Assembly (NCBI GenBank): GCA_964016885.1
Contig: OZ024741.1
Location: 327,360,001 to 327,424,000 of the forward strand
DNA: 64,000 bases
Direction: 5' to 3'
Source: Eledone cirrhosa
Lineage: Eukaryota
Each line of letters begins with the position of its first letter. Positions within the stretch are counted from its first letter, which is position 1. A program made the position numbers and the translations under genes. Positions 29,230-52,418 of the stretch are shown one piece after another. The notes beneath the pieces were generated by a model. That model was not told the DNA's origin, ran no database searches, and saw nothing but the letters and a program-made list of their open reading frames with translations.

Positions 29230-31330
29230 TAGGTGGATTTGAATGGTACTTCATGAGAATTTGACGAGTTTCGTTTGTACAAATGGATTCCTAGATACAG
29301 ATGGCGTGTGGTTTGACTTAGTCGGCATATTAAGTCGTCTGTTTTAATGTATGTTTTGAATGTGTTATGTTTAAGTGTAAATGTTACATTGGGACATTTT
29401 CTATTTTGAAGTTATTATTTAATCAATATTTTTGCTTCATATCATAGAATAATTTCAATTTTTACTCATCGTAATTGTTTGCTGCCGATTCATATTTTCC
29501 GTTATAGGTAACCGGGTTAATGGTGTGACATTAGTTGTTTATTAAGTCCGTTATATGTAATCGAGTATTGGGCGAATTGTCTGTCTGAAATGATTACCGT
29601 GGACAGATGAACCACTGTTATTCATAATATTAATAAGTTATCATCAAAGATTTCTGATAATTGATTTCATTGTATAATTTACAATTGATTTGTGGCTACA
29701 TATATGATGACACTTTGGAACATGACGAAATCTAGGGATTTCAATGCTTGCTGTTCAATGATGAATGGATAGAAATCAATTATATCAAATTGGATGAATG
29801 TGTATTTGTGTTTAACTGGGATATGTGCACATTTTATAAAAGAAGTGCCGCTTGTTCCTAAATTACTGTTGTTTGTATTATCCAAACATTCGTTTCTATG
29901 TATGTATCAATACATATATATGCCAGTATATTAACGTTTTTCCGTATTGTATCTATGTATCTTTCCATATTCGTATGTATGTATACATAAATAGCTTCAT
30001 TACATGAAGTGGTTGTTACGTGGTCGTAATTTTTCATTATGATATATGCGCCAGTCTTCTGAGTTTTTCGTCAATAAATTTCTCCTTTGAATGCACTGTT
30101 GAAGCCGTTACACATTTACTCAAGATGCCACGTGACTGAAAATAGAATCCATTCCAGATCATCTAATGACATGTATCGTATTAATTTCTCTCGGGTCATT
30201 TTTTGTTGGTTTAATAGAATCAATTATAAAATACCTCATAAATTCATGTTTAAAGTCATACAGTTATGGCTTAGTGGATAGAGCGCTGGGTTTGCAATTG
30301 TGCGGTTGTGAGGTCAATACTCGGGATGCGCTGTGTCCTTGAGAAAGACACTTCATTTCACGTTGCTCAAGTTTACACAGCTGTAGAAATGAGTTGCGAC
30401 TTCTCTGGTGCTAAACTGTATCGGTCTTAACATTTCCCTTGGTCAACATCAGTGACGTGGAGACCAGTATGCAAGGGCCATTCCTGGTCTTCCATAACCC
30501 AACTTTCCCAGTCTTGTGCCTGAAGGGGAACTTTCTTCGTGCAAATAGCATGTTCCCTTATGACGGAAGGAGGTCTTTACCCTTTATACATTTATTTGTT
30601 TTAATGCGACTAATTCTACGCTGTTATTTACGTAAGGGATCAACCTAAGTATTAGTCATGTTATTTATAGAACTTAACCTGTTGTTACAAGCATTTGTAT
30701 GAAATAGAAAATTATTTATTTAGGATCAATGCACTCTTACTTCAAATCCTGTGGAAGTCCCTTTCACCATTCATTATTTCTAAGCCGATAATAAAAGTAA
30801 CAGTCAATTATTGTAGTGTTTTTCTATGTATTCTTTCTATCTCTCTATATCATATTATCTCGCACTCACTTCGTCTGGATAAAAATCGTTTTTTTCTGGC
30901 GTGGAGAGGGATTTAAAAAACATATTCAAATCACTTTGTAATATAGGACGGCATCCCTACGAGACCATGGAAAAGTATGCCCCCTTTACTTTCCTATTGT
31001 GATGTGGGTGTTTCTGTTAAATATTTAATAATTTGATAATGATACCATTTTTCATTAGGTTATTGTACACATTACAGCATTGAAGCTACTCTCAGAAGTA
31101 GGTGAGTGTTGCGTTTGACATTACAAACGTTTTGTATGATTCTCGAATATCATTTATGTTGTTTACGAGGTTTGACTGGAAGGCTTTGTTTGAAATTCTT
31201 GAACTTTATGTTCTCTATCTATTTGAAATGTCAGCTTCGATGGTTTCGAGTGTTTCATTACTGCTGGGCATAATTTACTCATGAAGTGTAGTAGGGATTT
31301 TTTCGTATATGTTTGTAGGTAAGTATATAT
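29230..31330 (-). pseudogene. Highly decayed Penelope-like RT remnant interrupted by a SINE
   Basis: FIQFDIIDFYPFI (PLE RT motif) in ORF 29679-29885; minus strand near 31230-31100 reads IENIKFK..AFQSNLVNNINDIRES, like the PLE pre-RT region. Confidence 0.55.
30265..30590 (+). mobile_element. tRNA-derived SINE
   Basis: TGGCTTAGTGGATAGAGCG A-box, GGTCAATACTC B-box-like, TGTGTCCTTGAGAAAGACACTT core, 3' GACGGAAGGAGGTCTTTACCCTTTA. Confidence 0.75.
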
Positions 31331-31353
31331 TTATTCATGTATGCTTGAACGTG

Positions 31354-31770
<417 letters not shown>

Positions 31771-31995
31771 AATGAAAAATGGCGTGCTATGTTGTTGCAA
31801 ATGTGATATACAAATTAAAATGAAGAATTAGAAATAGAAGCCAGGACTATCCATCATCAGTGGTCTACTAGCCATCATAGATATTGTGTTGTATGTATAA
31901 TATAAGATATACACATATGTGTGAGAATGCTTATATACATATATACACACATACACATATGTGCATACACACACACACACACACATATATATACA

Positions 31996-32086
<91 letters not shown>

Positions 32087-32399
32087 CTGATTATGTAGAG
32101 ATGGTTGAAGTTTTTTATGACAGGATAGTGAGTTGCATAATACATACTGGGAGTAATTGGAGTTGAATACACAGTTGTCTGCTATTTAGTTGATGTTGTA
32201 TATTGAGATTTTATTAGAGTGTCTATATTATTTAAATATTTTAATTGTATAAGGTAAAAGATCAAACAGGGGTTTATTGACTGTATGTAGGTCAGTGTGG
32301 TCTTTTAATTAACGTGTAGTCCTATATTCATGAAGGTCTAGTTGGATAAATTACAAGGTGGTGGTCTAGTCTTATCTCCGACATTGGTCTTTAATTTTA

Positions 32400-34230
32400 T
32401 TTTTACTATTATTATTATTAGTTACTAGCTTTGAAATAGTGGAACAAGAATCTATGGTAATGTGGACACGTGTAGAAGATCTCTGATTTCCTATTTAGTA
32501 GGCTAAGGTTAGAGTGAATAATATTTTTAGACTCGAGAATGCAAAGGTTACGAAATTTGTTAGGTCGTCTATATGAAGGGGCCTTAGCTATCACTTCCCA
32601 TTTTAAGGTATATGGTATGTTACTTGATTTTAATGAGTGTATGTATGTGGATAGTAAGGTTACGTTGCTAAGTTTAGGGTTTCTGAACGAATGAAGGTGT
32701 CAAATATATCTGGTCTTAAAGCTATTCGATGTTGAGCCTATATACTTTCGAGATATGATTAACAGTTACAGTACGGGAATAGACAATGTCTTTAATTAGG
32801 CAGTTCTTATTTAATAGACATGTCTTGTTAGGCCTACAATTACAATTGTTTTGTTTACTAGTATACTGGTTAACGGGGTATGCGTTTGAGTGGTTGTTTC
32901 TGTTTCTACTTCTAGTATTATGATTATGGTGAGTATTATTACTATTGGTATTATTAGTGTGACTTGCTGTATGGTTTTGTACTGTGTTATTGTTCAGATT
33001 ATTTCTATGCTGGACATTATTACTTTGGTGTAATTTGAAGAACTCTTTAATCTTTCTATTGTTGGTGTTGGCTATATGATCTGCTATGTTAGGTGTGGTG
33101 GAGTAGGATATGTTAATTGTGTTTTTGTTAAATAGATTGTGGTATTTATGGTTAGTTGGGAAGTTTTTGTCTAGAATAGAGAAGAAAGCTTTAGGTATGT
33201 TTGTTGATACATTTAAGTTGCGCGGAGGGTTAAAGAATGTGCTACTTCTCCTTCTATTCTTCTTATGCTTTCTTATTCATACTACTGTTTAGTGTGGTGT
33301 TAGGTTCCTTCTTATCTATGTTTTTCTTTCTGTGGTGTTTCTTAGGGTTATTGCTGTGGTGTAATTTAACTTTTTTATGGCGCCCTTTGTATAGGAGTCA
33401 GGATTTTCAATACTATGATCATATTTACTTTTATTCATGGCCATGGTGTGTGAAATTATATTAGGTTGTCTATGGGTGGTTGAAGATTTAGGTTTAAATT
33501 TAAATTTATCTCTAAGGCCGGAACGGACTAAGGCTTCATTATAGTATTGGTAGTTACGATTAAATGTATTCTCGTTGTAAGAAAGGCTAGAGATTCTATT
33601 AAATACCCCTTTAAAGATTAAGGTCAGTACAGATTTGAAGTGGTTAGAGTTGGTATTAACATAGAAAGGCTTTTCATTAGGTTTATTATAAGGTGTGTAT
33701 TTTTTAGAGTCTAAGTAGAGAGTGACGTCCAGGAAGTTAACATTTTCGCTGTTTTTATCTAAAGTGATACCTAAGTTATAGTTTTTAAATATTTTATGTA
33801 ATTGTTTTCTAGTTCTTTCTATATTTAACGTTTTATAGTCTAAGAGGAAGAGTGCGTCGTCTCGGTAGAGGCCACCGTTGAGGTAAGGTAGGTTCTTGTG
33901 TATTTCGATTAAGAGAAATAGACCTACTAAGTCGGTTACCTGTGCCGAGACACTAGATCCCATGGTGATATCAAAGTTGTTCGGTGTATTCTTGCGGGTC
34001 CATAGTTGGTCTTCAAATTTAATTATTGTTTTCCTGGCCGCAAGGATTATATCTACCTGGGATCTATTGAGTTCAACATTGTTCATCGCCATTATTAATG
34101 CTTTATTTAGGAGGATAGGCGAAATGGAAGTGTAGTAGGAGTTTATATCAAATTGCATGAATTTCTTATTATTATCCTCATTAATACCACTAAACCATTC
34201 GATTACTTCACTAGTGTTTCCAAGAGGTTA
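32400..34230 (-). pseudogene. Penelope-like element RT plus GIY-YIG endonuclease, 5'-truncated and frameshifted
   Basis: QFDINSYYTSI, FDITMGS, GGLYRDDAL, NFLDVTL and KPNEKPFYVNTNSNH in ORF 33316-34158; downstream frames FFNPP..KAFFSILDKNFP..ISYSTTPNI, CNC, YIGST, NLCILE. Confidence 0.9.
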
Positions 34231-34854
34231 AAATGGAATTTTTGAGATATACTCAACCGTACACCCCTAATCCCCCATGATTCTCTCTAAAAGACCATAG
34301 GATGGCTTCAATACTAACCCCTCAGTTAGACTTATTTGCCCATCCAGATCCGACGTTGGTATAATTAGTAAAAAAAATATTACATAATGTAAACCCCCAA
34401 ATTAAACCAAAAATTCATTTTAACCATTCTGTAGTGATACCTGTTGAGGTTGTAATGTAGGAAGCTTTTGTTGGGATTTTATGTTGTTTGGGTGGAATTC
34501 TTCTGGAGTATATGTTGTTTATGTTTCAGGTTAGTGCTATGTTGTTTTGGGCTTGGTTTCTGTAGGAGATATTTTTGTGGATACCTATGTTGTGGTGGTT
34601 GGGTATGTTTCTTCTACTGTAGTTGGTTGTATTTCGTTTGTGTTGAGTGGTATTTATGTGTGGTTTATGCGTTTTGGAGTTGGTGGTATGAATGTTTCTG
34701 TGATATGTATGTAAATAAATATATGTGCGTGTGTGTGTGTGTGCGTGTGTGAATGAAGGTATATGTACAAATGTACATATATTTACATTATATGTATATA
34801 TGCATGTATGCATACATATACATACATATACACACACTTTCACAAACACACACA

Positions 34855-34907
<53 letters not shown>

Positions 34908-35346
34908 GCCTGCATACATACGAACTTATATCAGTACTTATATTTGAGAATATAAATGCACAACAATAGGTATTTCACTTAAGCTAAATCTCTTTGAGAG
35001 TGTGTGTGAGACAAAAATCATTTCAATATGACATTCGACGCACTTAATGACATTGAACGAAGGATATGCGGACGATATACAATGCTTAGTGAAGGAAGGT
35101 CATTTCATGTGGAACGTATATATATATACCCGTATATATATATATATATATATATATACAGTATATTTTTTTTTTCTGCCCGCCGAAATGCGATTCTCGC
35201 TGAATTTATATTCATATATATATCGATCAATATCAATCCATCTGTACTGAAGAAACGTCATTGAAAATTGGCAATGTAAAGATATATTATATATATACAT
35301 TTATAAATGCATACATTATACATACATACATAAATATATATATATA

Positions 35347-35438
<92 letters not shown>

Positions 35439-35988
35439 TATATTTATATATATATATTTATATATATATATTTATATATATATATATACACACATATACA
35501 TATATATATATTTGAATATATATAAATATATATATATGGGGGCGGGGTGTATTTATAAACGCCTACCTATATTAGTTTGAAGGGGAGTCAATGTTTGAAG
35601 TGTCGAAATGTTGATAAAGGATAAGGAATTGTAAGAGTGTATCGTTTGCGGTTCTAAGAAGCTTTTAATATGTGAAACCTTAAACAATAAATTGGTGAAG
35701 CGTAATTTGAGAATAAAAGTGAATTTTGATCGTTTTCCGAGTGGTTCACTTTAAAAGCTCAGTTTAGTCTTATATGTGATATTAAAATAGAGATGTAAAA
35801 GTCGTATATGAAGATGGAGCAAAATTTACTTTATTTCTTAACTATTGCAAACAGAAATCATTCAATTCTCACTTATTCTCTTCTCTCGCCTCCAGTACAT
35901 TTCTATTTTATCGAATACTTAATTTGTTTCTCTGTATATAAACTAACACACATAGACACACACACACACACATACACACACACACGCG

Positions 35989-36027
<39 letters not shown>

Positions 36028-36243
36028 ACACTCAAACATATGTATATATATATATTTATATACACACATACACACACACGCGCACATATATATATTTATA
36101 TAGATATTAACTATATATATATATATACATATACATATACATATATATGTATGTGTGTATATATATAGGTATATATATATATGTGTATGTATATATATAA
36201 ATATATATATATATATACATACATATATATATATATATATATG

Positions 36244-36329
<86 letters not shown>

Positions 36330-36748
36330 TTATATATATATATATATGTATATGGTTGGGTGTGGTTGTGTGGGTGTGTGTGTATGTATATGTGTGTGTT
36401 TGTGCGTGCATATACGTATGTTTGTATGCCTGTTTGTGGTTGTATGTTCACATATATATATATTTACCGCGAAATATATTATTTATGGCTGCTTATATCT
36501 ATACACAATAATCTTCTTACTGCATTGATTTATGATCTTACTGTAAAGCAGTTCTCACCGTTAATGCCCTCTTATATATTAACTATCTACCCAAAACCAT
36601 ATATGTATGCATGGCCTCTGGACCCAAAGCAAGTTTCAGTGGTACTTCCGTGAATGGATGAGAGAATATACTATTCAATAACATGAAACTGAATCCATAA
36701 AATATATTCTAGATATGATACGCTGGCTATACATGTATACGTACATAC

Positions 36749-36779
<31 letters not shown>

Positions 36780-36828
36780 GAGAGAGAGAGAGGGAGAGAG
36801 AAATATATATATATATATATATATATAC

Positions 36829-36935
<107 letters not shown>

Positions 36936-39097
36936 CATAAATATATATATATATGAATATATATACATATATGTACGTATATATTTATATCCTCATATCT
37001 GTATGTGTATATATATATATATAAATAGAGAGAGAAAGACATAAATATGTTTGCCTTTATGTGTATGTGTTTGTGTGTGCATGTGTAGTTGTTATTCATG
37101 TAAAATATAAATCAAATGTAAGGCGTGAAACATATCAATGTTAAAGATGTGTGACATCTACAGTTATATTAAAAAGATTGAGACATTAATATTGAAAATG
37201 ATGTCGATTACATACCTTCTAATGCTTACTCCCAAGTTCTTACGCAGACACGTATAATACACATTCTATTACCGCATATGTACACATAGTCGCATTACAA
37301 TTAATGAAATGGGGACCACTTCGGCCTTTATCCGCTTTAGGTCACTATTTATTTTGATTTCTCTTCTACTTTTACGTGCTAGCTTACCTTGGAATTGTTA
37401 ACTCCCAACCTACCTTTTTTTTTCTTTTGACTTACTAATGAAGCAACGTAAAATAAAGTACATCAATCAAAGTCACACTTGCCCGTCCGAGAACAAACCA
37501 TATTGCGATCGTGAAACTCTCTTTAAAATCTTGGCACGCATACTTACAGATAGACATTGTATATGTGTATGGACCTGAAACTCAAGATTGAGTCACAGGG
37601 ACGTAGAAGATCCGCATGACATTTCTTGGGCATTATAAATCTGGCGGAGGCTATCTCTTAGCCAAATCTGAACACAGTCGATTTCTTCCAGCAATGAAAA
37701 AGAGTATGTAGAATGGAGATATAAAGGAAGAATAGGCCCACAGTAATGGACTAGTACTTTGATTATTGCCTTGAAATAAATGTAAAGCAATGTTGACCTT
37801 AGTTGAATTTGAACTCAGAACGTAGAGAGCTTGAGCGTATAACACAAAGTAGTGATCTAAATATTATGTCAATGCCTTATACATGCGGTTTACGTGTACA
37901 TAATTAATAAAGCTGGAAATATAGATTAAAATATATAAATCTACATTCAGATTGCTCATTAACATAACTCATATATTACTGATTAACTTGGCGTTATTCG
38001 CAAAGTATCATACTTTCCCTAAGAACTTTAGGTGGCCATCCAATTTCTAGGTTACTCACGAACCCTCTTTATCAGTCCTCAGTTGATCCAGTGCAGCATC
38101 TACGATGCTGAAATGTATGTGGGCTGTCCCAGTATTAGAATTGTTCATTCCTCATCGACGCCTGAATATAGGAAATGCAAATTGGAATCGTGATATGTCT
38201 GTACTCTAAACACAACGAACAGATACAATTATCCAACGTTCTAACAACTCGACTCTGTATAATTGGCCACGGTATATTATATAATCTGCTTAATATTAAC
38301 AGGTTACACGATACAACTGACCGATGTATTTTCAAAATTATAATTTCAGCCGGAAAAATAGTATAAACATTAGACGTTCTCTACAAATTTATATAACTGA
38401 GACACGGTTGTGTGGTTATGGAGTTGGCGTCGCTACCACCTGGTTCCTATTTCAATCCCACAGCGTGTGACCATGGCTAAGTGTCTTCTAGATTTTAAAT
38501 ATTATATATAACATCCGTTAGACCAATAGAAAGTATTAGTTAACTTATAATAACATTTTATGATCTCTGATGTCTTTATCAGGTTTGTGACAGTAGTAAA
38601 CATTCGAAACAGACATTATTCTGTGATAAACCATGATTTTGAACTGGTTATTGGCTTATACATGTTCAGTTTAAACATCAACCGCATTAATCCTCGCAGA
38701 CTTGGGAAACCTGTGAAGGCAATGGACATTTTTCCATCTCGCCTGAAAGGGCCATGCTCCTTATATCTCTGAAATAATTATATGACACAAGAACCGGTTC
38801 TCGGGTCACCCTGGTATTAACTAACGTTCGTTTAAGTTGAGCATCCACCGGACATATCCGAGAAAGACAAAGGGTCTATTTCATTATTAGTCTATTATAA
38901 GATCTAAAACTGAAGACTATACAAAACATCTAAGTCGGAACCCATAAATATAGACGTTAATCTCGCGCAAATGTAATGTATGATGGCATTTGTTCCCCTA
39001 GTGTCACTAACATGGTAATAGATAATTTTACAATGCTGAAATATATGAATAAGTTTTGATAGCTTTCTCACTATTCTACTATAGAGAAATAGCAATA

Positions 39098-39224
<127 letters not shown>

Positions 39225-39235
39225 ATATATATATA

Positions 39236-39622
39236 TGGTATTAGTTTTGGTGCTCTGAAATAGCGATGAATACATGAATGTATATATAGTATATTTGGCA
39301 ATATACTGTATGTTTAATTAAAAATATTTTGAAGACTATTCACTGTGAGTTTAAAAGTCGTGACTTAGTCAATAACTTATTCTTGGCAAAAGCAAAGGAG
39401 AGTAATTGACAGTCCTGTTTCCCGCTCATTACTATTCACCCCTTCGCTTCTGCTGGATTCTTATAGAATTCCATTCATATTTAAGAGCTGATTAATCAGA
39501 GCGGTTACCGGTTCAGCAAAAATTTGGTATTAGTATTAGTGCTGGGAAATATAGATGTATACATGAATGTATGTATAGTATATTTGACAATACTAATACC
39601 TAATTCTTGCAGTATATTGCCA
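39236..39622 (-). mobile_element. Diverged relative of family A with ~290-nt terminal redundancy
   Basis: 39236-39304 recurs at 39525-39593; shares CTGATTA..CAGAGCGGTT.CCGGT with A; HHR 3' half GAAACAGGACTGTC on minus with the 5' core deleted; short inverted tail at 39610-39622. Confidence 0.65.
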
Positions 39623-39626
39623 TACA

Positions 39627-39757
<131 letters not shown>

Positions 39758-39787
39758 ACACACACACACACAAATATATATATATAT

Positions 39788-39979
39788 AACAAAGGAATTT
39801 TGGCAAGGAACCAGATGGACCATAACGCACCAGAGTACTCAATGTTTAGGGTAGTAGAGTGGGAAATAGGTAAAAGTATGACCTCGACGGCAGAGCTCAA
39901 GCCGTTTCGACGGCTATTTCTGGAGTCCAGAAACAGCCGTCGAAACGGCTTGAACTCTGTCATAGGGGTTATACTTTTT

Positions 39980-39983
<4 letters not shown>
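39788..39983. mobile_element. Family E fold-back copy
   Basis: Arms centred on CTGGA-g-TCCAG (39925); same outer ends as 25544-25766. Confidence 0.82.
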
Positions 39984-40028
<45 letters not shown>

Positions 40029-40659
40029 CTTTCAGCGACATTCTTTGAAATCTTTGATCGTTTTGTAAATCTTGCTTTCATTCAAATCAGACATTTATAT
40101 TTGGCTTTAAGACCGTTCTATGTATACACTTGGAAGATTCCAATAAGTGTATCTGTTTCAAAAGAAATATTGTTATTTTTTAAGGAGTTCTTCTTTCTGA
40201 TATATTCGGCTTTGATAGATAGAAAACAAAATTGAGACAACATTAAAAAGTACAATCGAATTTCAAAACGTTCCGTAAATATTATATAAAGGAAAAGAAA
40301 ACATTGATTCGAAACTTGAAAAAAGGATGAAAAAAGTTATGTCTACGTATCGAATATTAAAATACGTAATAACTGAATGGTCTTTGGAAAAATCATATGT
40401 GCGTGTGTGATCGTATATATGTGTGTGTGTGCATGAGTGTGGTAATGTACATATATATATTGGATTTTAGTATTCACATTTATTATCATTACTATATATA
40501 AATATATATATATATATATATTTATTAAAATAACAGATTAAAGTTTAAGCAAAGAATCGCTGCTTTCACCCTTAACGGGATCTTCTGAAACTAACAAAGT
40601 CAATCTGTAAACGCAGAACTGGATATTTCAAAAAACGTTGCAACCGGAGGAAGACAGGA

Positions 40660-40696
<37 letters not shown>

Positions 40697-40702
40697 TATA
40701 TA

Positions 40703-41182
40703 CTAGCCGAATTACACGCGCCTTGCTGCGTTTCACACATTTTTTTGTAAGAAAATGATGATTGATTTTAAATCAGAGATATAATTAATGGAGAAAAGCT
40801 CTGATTTTCAATATTAATCAATGTAAAATGTAATGCATGAAAAATTGGAAAATATTATTTTTTGTAATGTATCAAATCAAAATTACATTATTAAACCTTA
40901 TTTGTATTTTGTTTCTCGTAAATAATTTTTTTCGAATATCAATTCAAACTTTTGTGAATAGGCATCATATCTTACCATTTACCTATGGTTTAAATTTCAT
41001 ATAAATCGAAGGGAAGAAGCTTTCAGCAGGTGTTTGTGCCCCCTGCGAACTCTTTGATTAAAATGACATATACTTATCCAAGGACGCAGGGCAATGTTCC
41101 AGAATATATATGGTTATGGGGGTCTATCTCCAAAGCCATAGGAGGAGTTCGTGAACAAATAAACAAACAAAGGAACAAATAG

Positions 41183-41183
<1 letters not shown>
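40703..41183 (-). mobile_element. Non-autonomous Helitron-like element
   Basis: Minus strand ends CTAG|T after a GC-rich patch; AAATTTCAT...AATCG block and (AAAC)n near the other end, as in 1079-1778 and 47290-48150. Confidence 0.55.
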
Positions 41184-46988
<5,805 letters not shown>

Positions 46989-47289
46989 AATATATAAGTT
47001 TATCCCGGGTTCATATATATATATATATGTGTGTGGGTGTGTGTGTATATATATAATTGTAGACATGTAATGTGAGAAAATAATAAAACGATCAAATTTA
47101 ATTATTAAAATATCTGATCTCGAGTGAATAAAGTTTGCCGTTTTATCATTCTGTCAATTTACACATCTACACATGAAACATGGGCATATATATATATATA
47201 GCCACAGTCTCGGTTGGCCATTCTGTATATATACAGACACAACTTTATGGTAACATTAGGCTCACTTAACTCACTTATATATATATATA

Positions 47290-48257
<968 letters not shown>

Positions 48258-48595
48258 CGTTTGTGCAAGTGTGGATGTTGTAATGTGTTTCTCCTTTCTC
48301 TTCTTAATACTTATGTACAAATATGTCGATATGCCAACACAACTGTCACTGGCGAATGTTTTATACGTAAAACGAGATTCTAGTAGTGTTATACGATATA
48401 TATTTCATAGATCTTAAATCATAAGTGAATCGATAGACCCATCTATGTTTTACCCAGACAAATATAAATATATATGAATACATACACACGGAACATACAA
48501 ACATCTAGAAGGGAAACGAAGGAAAAATACGTTATGACATACATTGTCAGATATATTCTTGCCAACTAGGACACGAAATGATACGCCTTTACTAT

Positions 48596-48651
<56 letters not shown>

Positions 48652-49004
48652 GTATGTATATATATATGAAGTTCTTTCCCATATTTTATTGATACTGCTC
48701 CAATTGTGTTATGCTCAAGGAAAAGAAGTATTTAAGAACTGTTGTACAATGTGCAGACAAAGGACACTGAGTTGTAGGACTGGCAAGAAGTGACAATAGG
48801 GGAAAACAGGCTTGATGGTGTGATGTCCAGCATATGATAATTTCCAAAAATCCTGCATTGCTAATTCCTTAGAATATAAATTCATAATAAGGAGCGCACA
48901 GGACAAATAGAATGGAAAAAACAACGGAAAGACGTACAGTCACATTTCCGCAGTTACCATGCACACATGCACGCACAAACGCACACACACGAGCGTTTAA
49001 TTTG

Positions 49005-49037
<33 letters not shown>

Positions 49038-49465
49038 TGTGTGTGTGTGTGTTTATATTTATATATATATACATATATAATATATAAATACACACATACC
49101 CCCCACCCCATCCACACACACCACCTCGTCTGGTATCAGCTGTTCTTCCTTCGTAACCGTTCTACACCTCAGTCTCCTTCGATGTCTGCACATTGCACTA
49201 CAGTCCTTATTCTCTTCTGTTCTACTATTTCTCTCCTCTCTACATGTTTTCCCTATGGCTAAGCCTTTGCGCACGCTATATTTGTGAAATTTGTCTAAAG
49301 GCATAACTTGTCTCTACCTGTTTTGTCATGTTTCAATGTGCACTGGAATGAAATGTATCGACCTTAATGGACCGAAACTGTAGTGACTTCCAGAGGTTGA
49401 CAGAGGAGTCGGGACTGTCCGTTTTTCCGTTGTTTTTTTCCATTGTCTTCGTCCTTTCCTTATTT

Positions 49466-49612
<147 letters not shown>

Positions 49613-49625
49613 TATATATATGTAT

Positions 49626-49965
49626 AACGAAGGAAATGTGGTAAGGAACCAGGTGGACCATAACGCACCAAAGTACTCAATACTTAGGGTAGTAGAGTGG
49701 TGTCGGATGCTTAAAGCGTCCGTATGCGGTAGGCCGTTTGAGCACTCGATCCTCTTACAGAGCAGAGTATAATATCACATAAGAAACGGAGAACCAGTGG
49801 TGTGACGAGTTAAAATTTATTAGACATATTACAATCGTTTCTCTGGCGACCAGCTCGAGGCGCGATCGATATAGGGATCGAACCTGACTCTGAAGTTGCA
49901 AGCTCCCCAGATACGTCTCGATTCTTCGGAACGGAGTTTCCAAATGCTGGAAACTCTGCTTCGTG
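49626..49965 (-). mobile_element. Mosaic insert made of an E end, a G-like segment and F, with a short fold-back
   Basis: 49626-49700 = E; 49727-49770 resembles 31497-31541; 49773-49944 = F reversed; GAGTTTCCA-aatgc-TGGAAACTC fold-back. Confidence 0.7.
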
Positions 49966-50330
49966 GGTGAATGTTAATCAATTGCTTCTTCATGTATATC
50001 TTAATTAATTACTACACACGAACATATATTATATGCAAATTCAGAATAATACTAAAAGTGAATGGGTATATAAGCCCATCGATTATGTTTACTTGTGATT
50101 CCTCCGATTCTAGTGACTCCTCTTGGTGAGAACAACATTAGCTTGAAATCGATTAAATACTTCTATATCTTCTTTTCAATATACAAGGAAGTTCTTATTG
50201 TCTGGCATTTTTACACCCCCCTTACATTAAATATGTGTATAGTTATATACAGAATGGTGCAGTCTCATCTACCCACACTGCTTGTATACAGATTTAACAT
50301 TATCATACATTACAGCTACTAGCGCACTAC

Positions 50331-50385
<55 letters not shown>

Positions 50386-51216
50386 GGGAGGTGGCGCTTG
50401 TGTGTGTGTGTGTGTACGTATGTACGTATGTATGTATATATATATATATATATATATATTGTGGATGATATGATGAAACCTTACAATTTCATTTATTTGG
50501 TGCATCATTAATAGTGTAGTCTTTATAAGAGACCCTCTCACCTGCCTTCGTTCCTCCTTATCACCAGCAGAGTATATGGTGAAAGAAACGTTCGTTTATG
50601 CATGCCGTAAATGCGAATATCTTTGATTTGTTTTCTCGAAATGATTAAAAGCCAGTCCACCATGTCTAACCACTCTTCTGATAAACCACTGATAAAATAA
50701 ATGAACGATGCTTCCTGCTCCTTCATAAAGATCCTAGCAACATAAACTAAAGGCTTTCTATAAATGTTGTTGATCACCAACAATAAGCAGAATGTCGAGG
50801 TTTAACGTCATAGCAATGACAACGTAATTGTTTCGAGTTCAAACCTGCTCTCTACTCACAAAAGGGGAGGCCATAACCGGTGAAACGCATGCAACTGATT
50901 TCGTCTCAAATAGGGAGAAAAAAAGTAGGTAAGCTTTGCAGATCATTAATGCGTTATATTCGTATATACACATAAACACACATATTCACACATACACGCA
51001 CACACAGACATACAAACATGCATATAGGCTATACACACACATATACACTAACACACATGGACATACACTCACTCAAACATATATATGTGCGTATTTGTGG
51101 AAAGAGATATATGCCATTTATATTTACATCCAGATATATATATATATATATGTGTATGTCAGTGTGTGTGTGTTTACACATATATGTGTTTGTGTGTTTG
51201 TGTATTTGTAAGTATG

Positions 51217-51269
<53 letters not shown>

Positions 51270-51294
51270 CCACCCACATACATTTATATATATA

Positions 51295-51331
<37 letters not shown>

Positions 51332-51695
51332 GTGTCGGTGGGTATTCGTTTTCCTGCAATATCAAATAACCACAGCTGTTGCGATATCATAACAAAGTAA
51401 AGATAGAACAAAACAAAAAGAATGAAAATATATAAATGATATGCAACAGTTACGAGCAAATTGTAAAGAGCTCTTTCAAAGCTATTGTAATCTAATGCAT
51501 ATTCTGTGGAGGAAAGACTACCTCACACGGATTAATTAGTATGTTTTTTTATGATACAAATGCCAGCTTTACTTAGCACTAGGGAAATGTTTGTGTAAAC
51601 TGAGTAAAATACATAAAACAACGATATGGATATGTTTACTCTCCTTCGTGAGTCTTATGTATTCAAAATATATGATATATGTATGTTTGAATGGG

Positions 51696-51736
<41 letters not shown>

Positions 51737-51739
51737 TAC

Positions 51740-51832
<93 letters not shown>

Positions 51833-52157
51833 CATATATATATAATAATGAGTAGGAGTGTTTATATCTATAAGTATATATGCATTACGTCGGTATATAT
51901 ATGTATATATGTATGCATCTACGAATAAACACTTAATGGGGATACAGAATGAATCACATTTACGTTATTTACTGTCGTCTTCTAGAGTGAGTTTTTCTAT
52001 TGTAATTATATATTCTTTACACATATCGCATTAATATTAATCTACTATTTCATTTATTTATTATCTGGTCTATTTGCCATTGTATGGATAGTTTTGACAT
52101 GCGGGGCGGGAGTCTGGATGTCTTGATACTCGCAAAATATAGATATATAGATATGTA

Positions 52158-52269
<112 letters not shown>

Positions 52270-52345
52270 TATACATATATATATACATTTATATATATAT
52301 ATACATATATATACATATATATATAAATATATATATATATATATG

Positions 52346-52414
<69 letters not shown>

Positions 52415-52418
<4 letters not shown>

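Noticed and set aside
31835-31870. Minus-strand CTGATGA-TGGA tag TCCT downstream of the PLE
   Set aside because: The GAAA/stem III half is missing; possibly a deleted HHR but not supportable.
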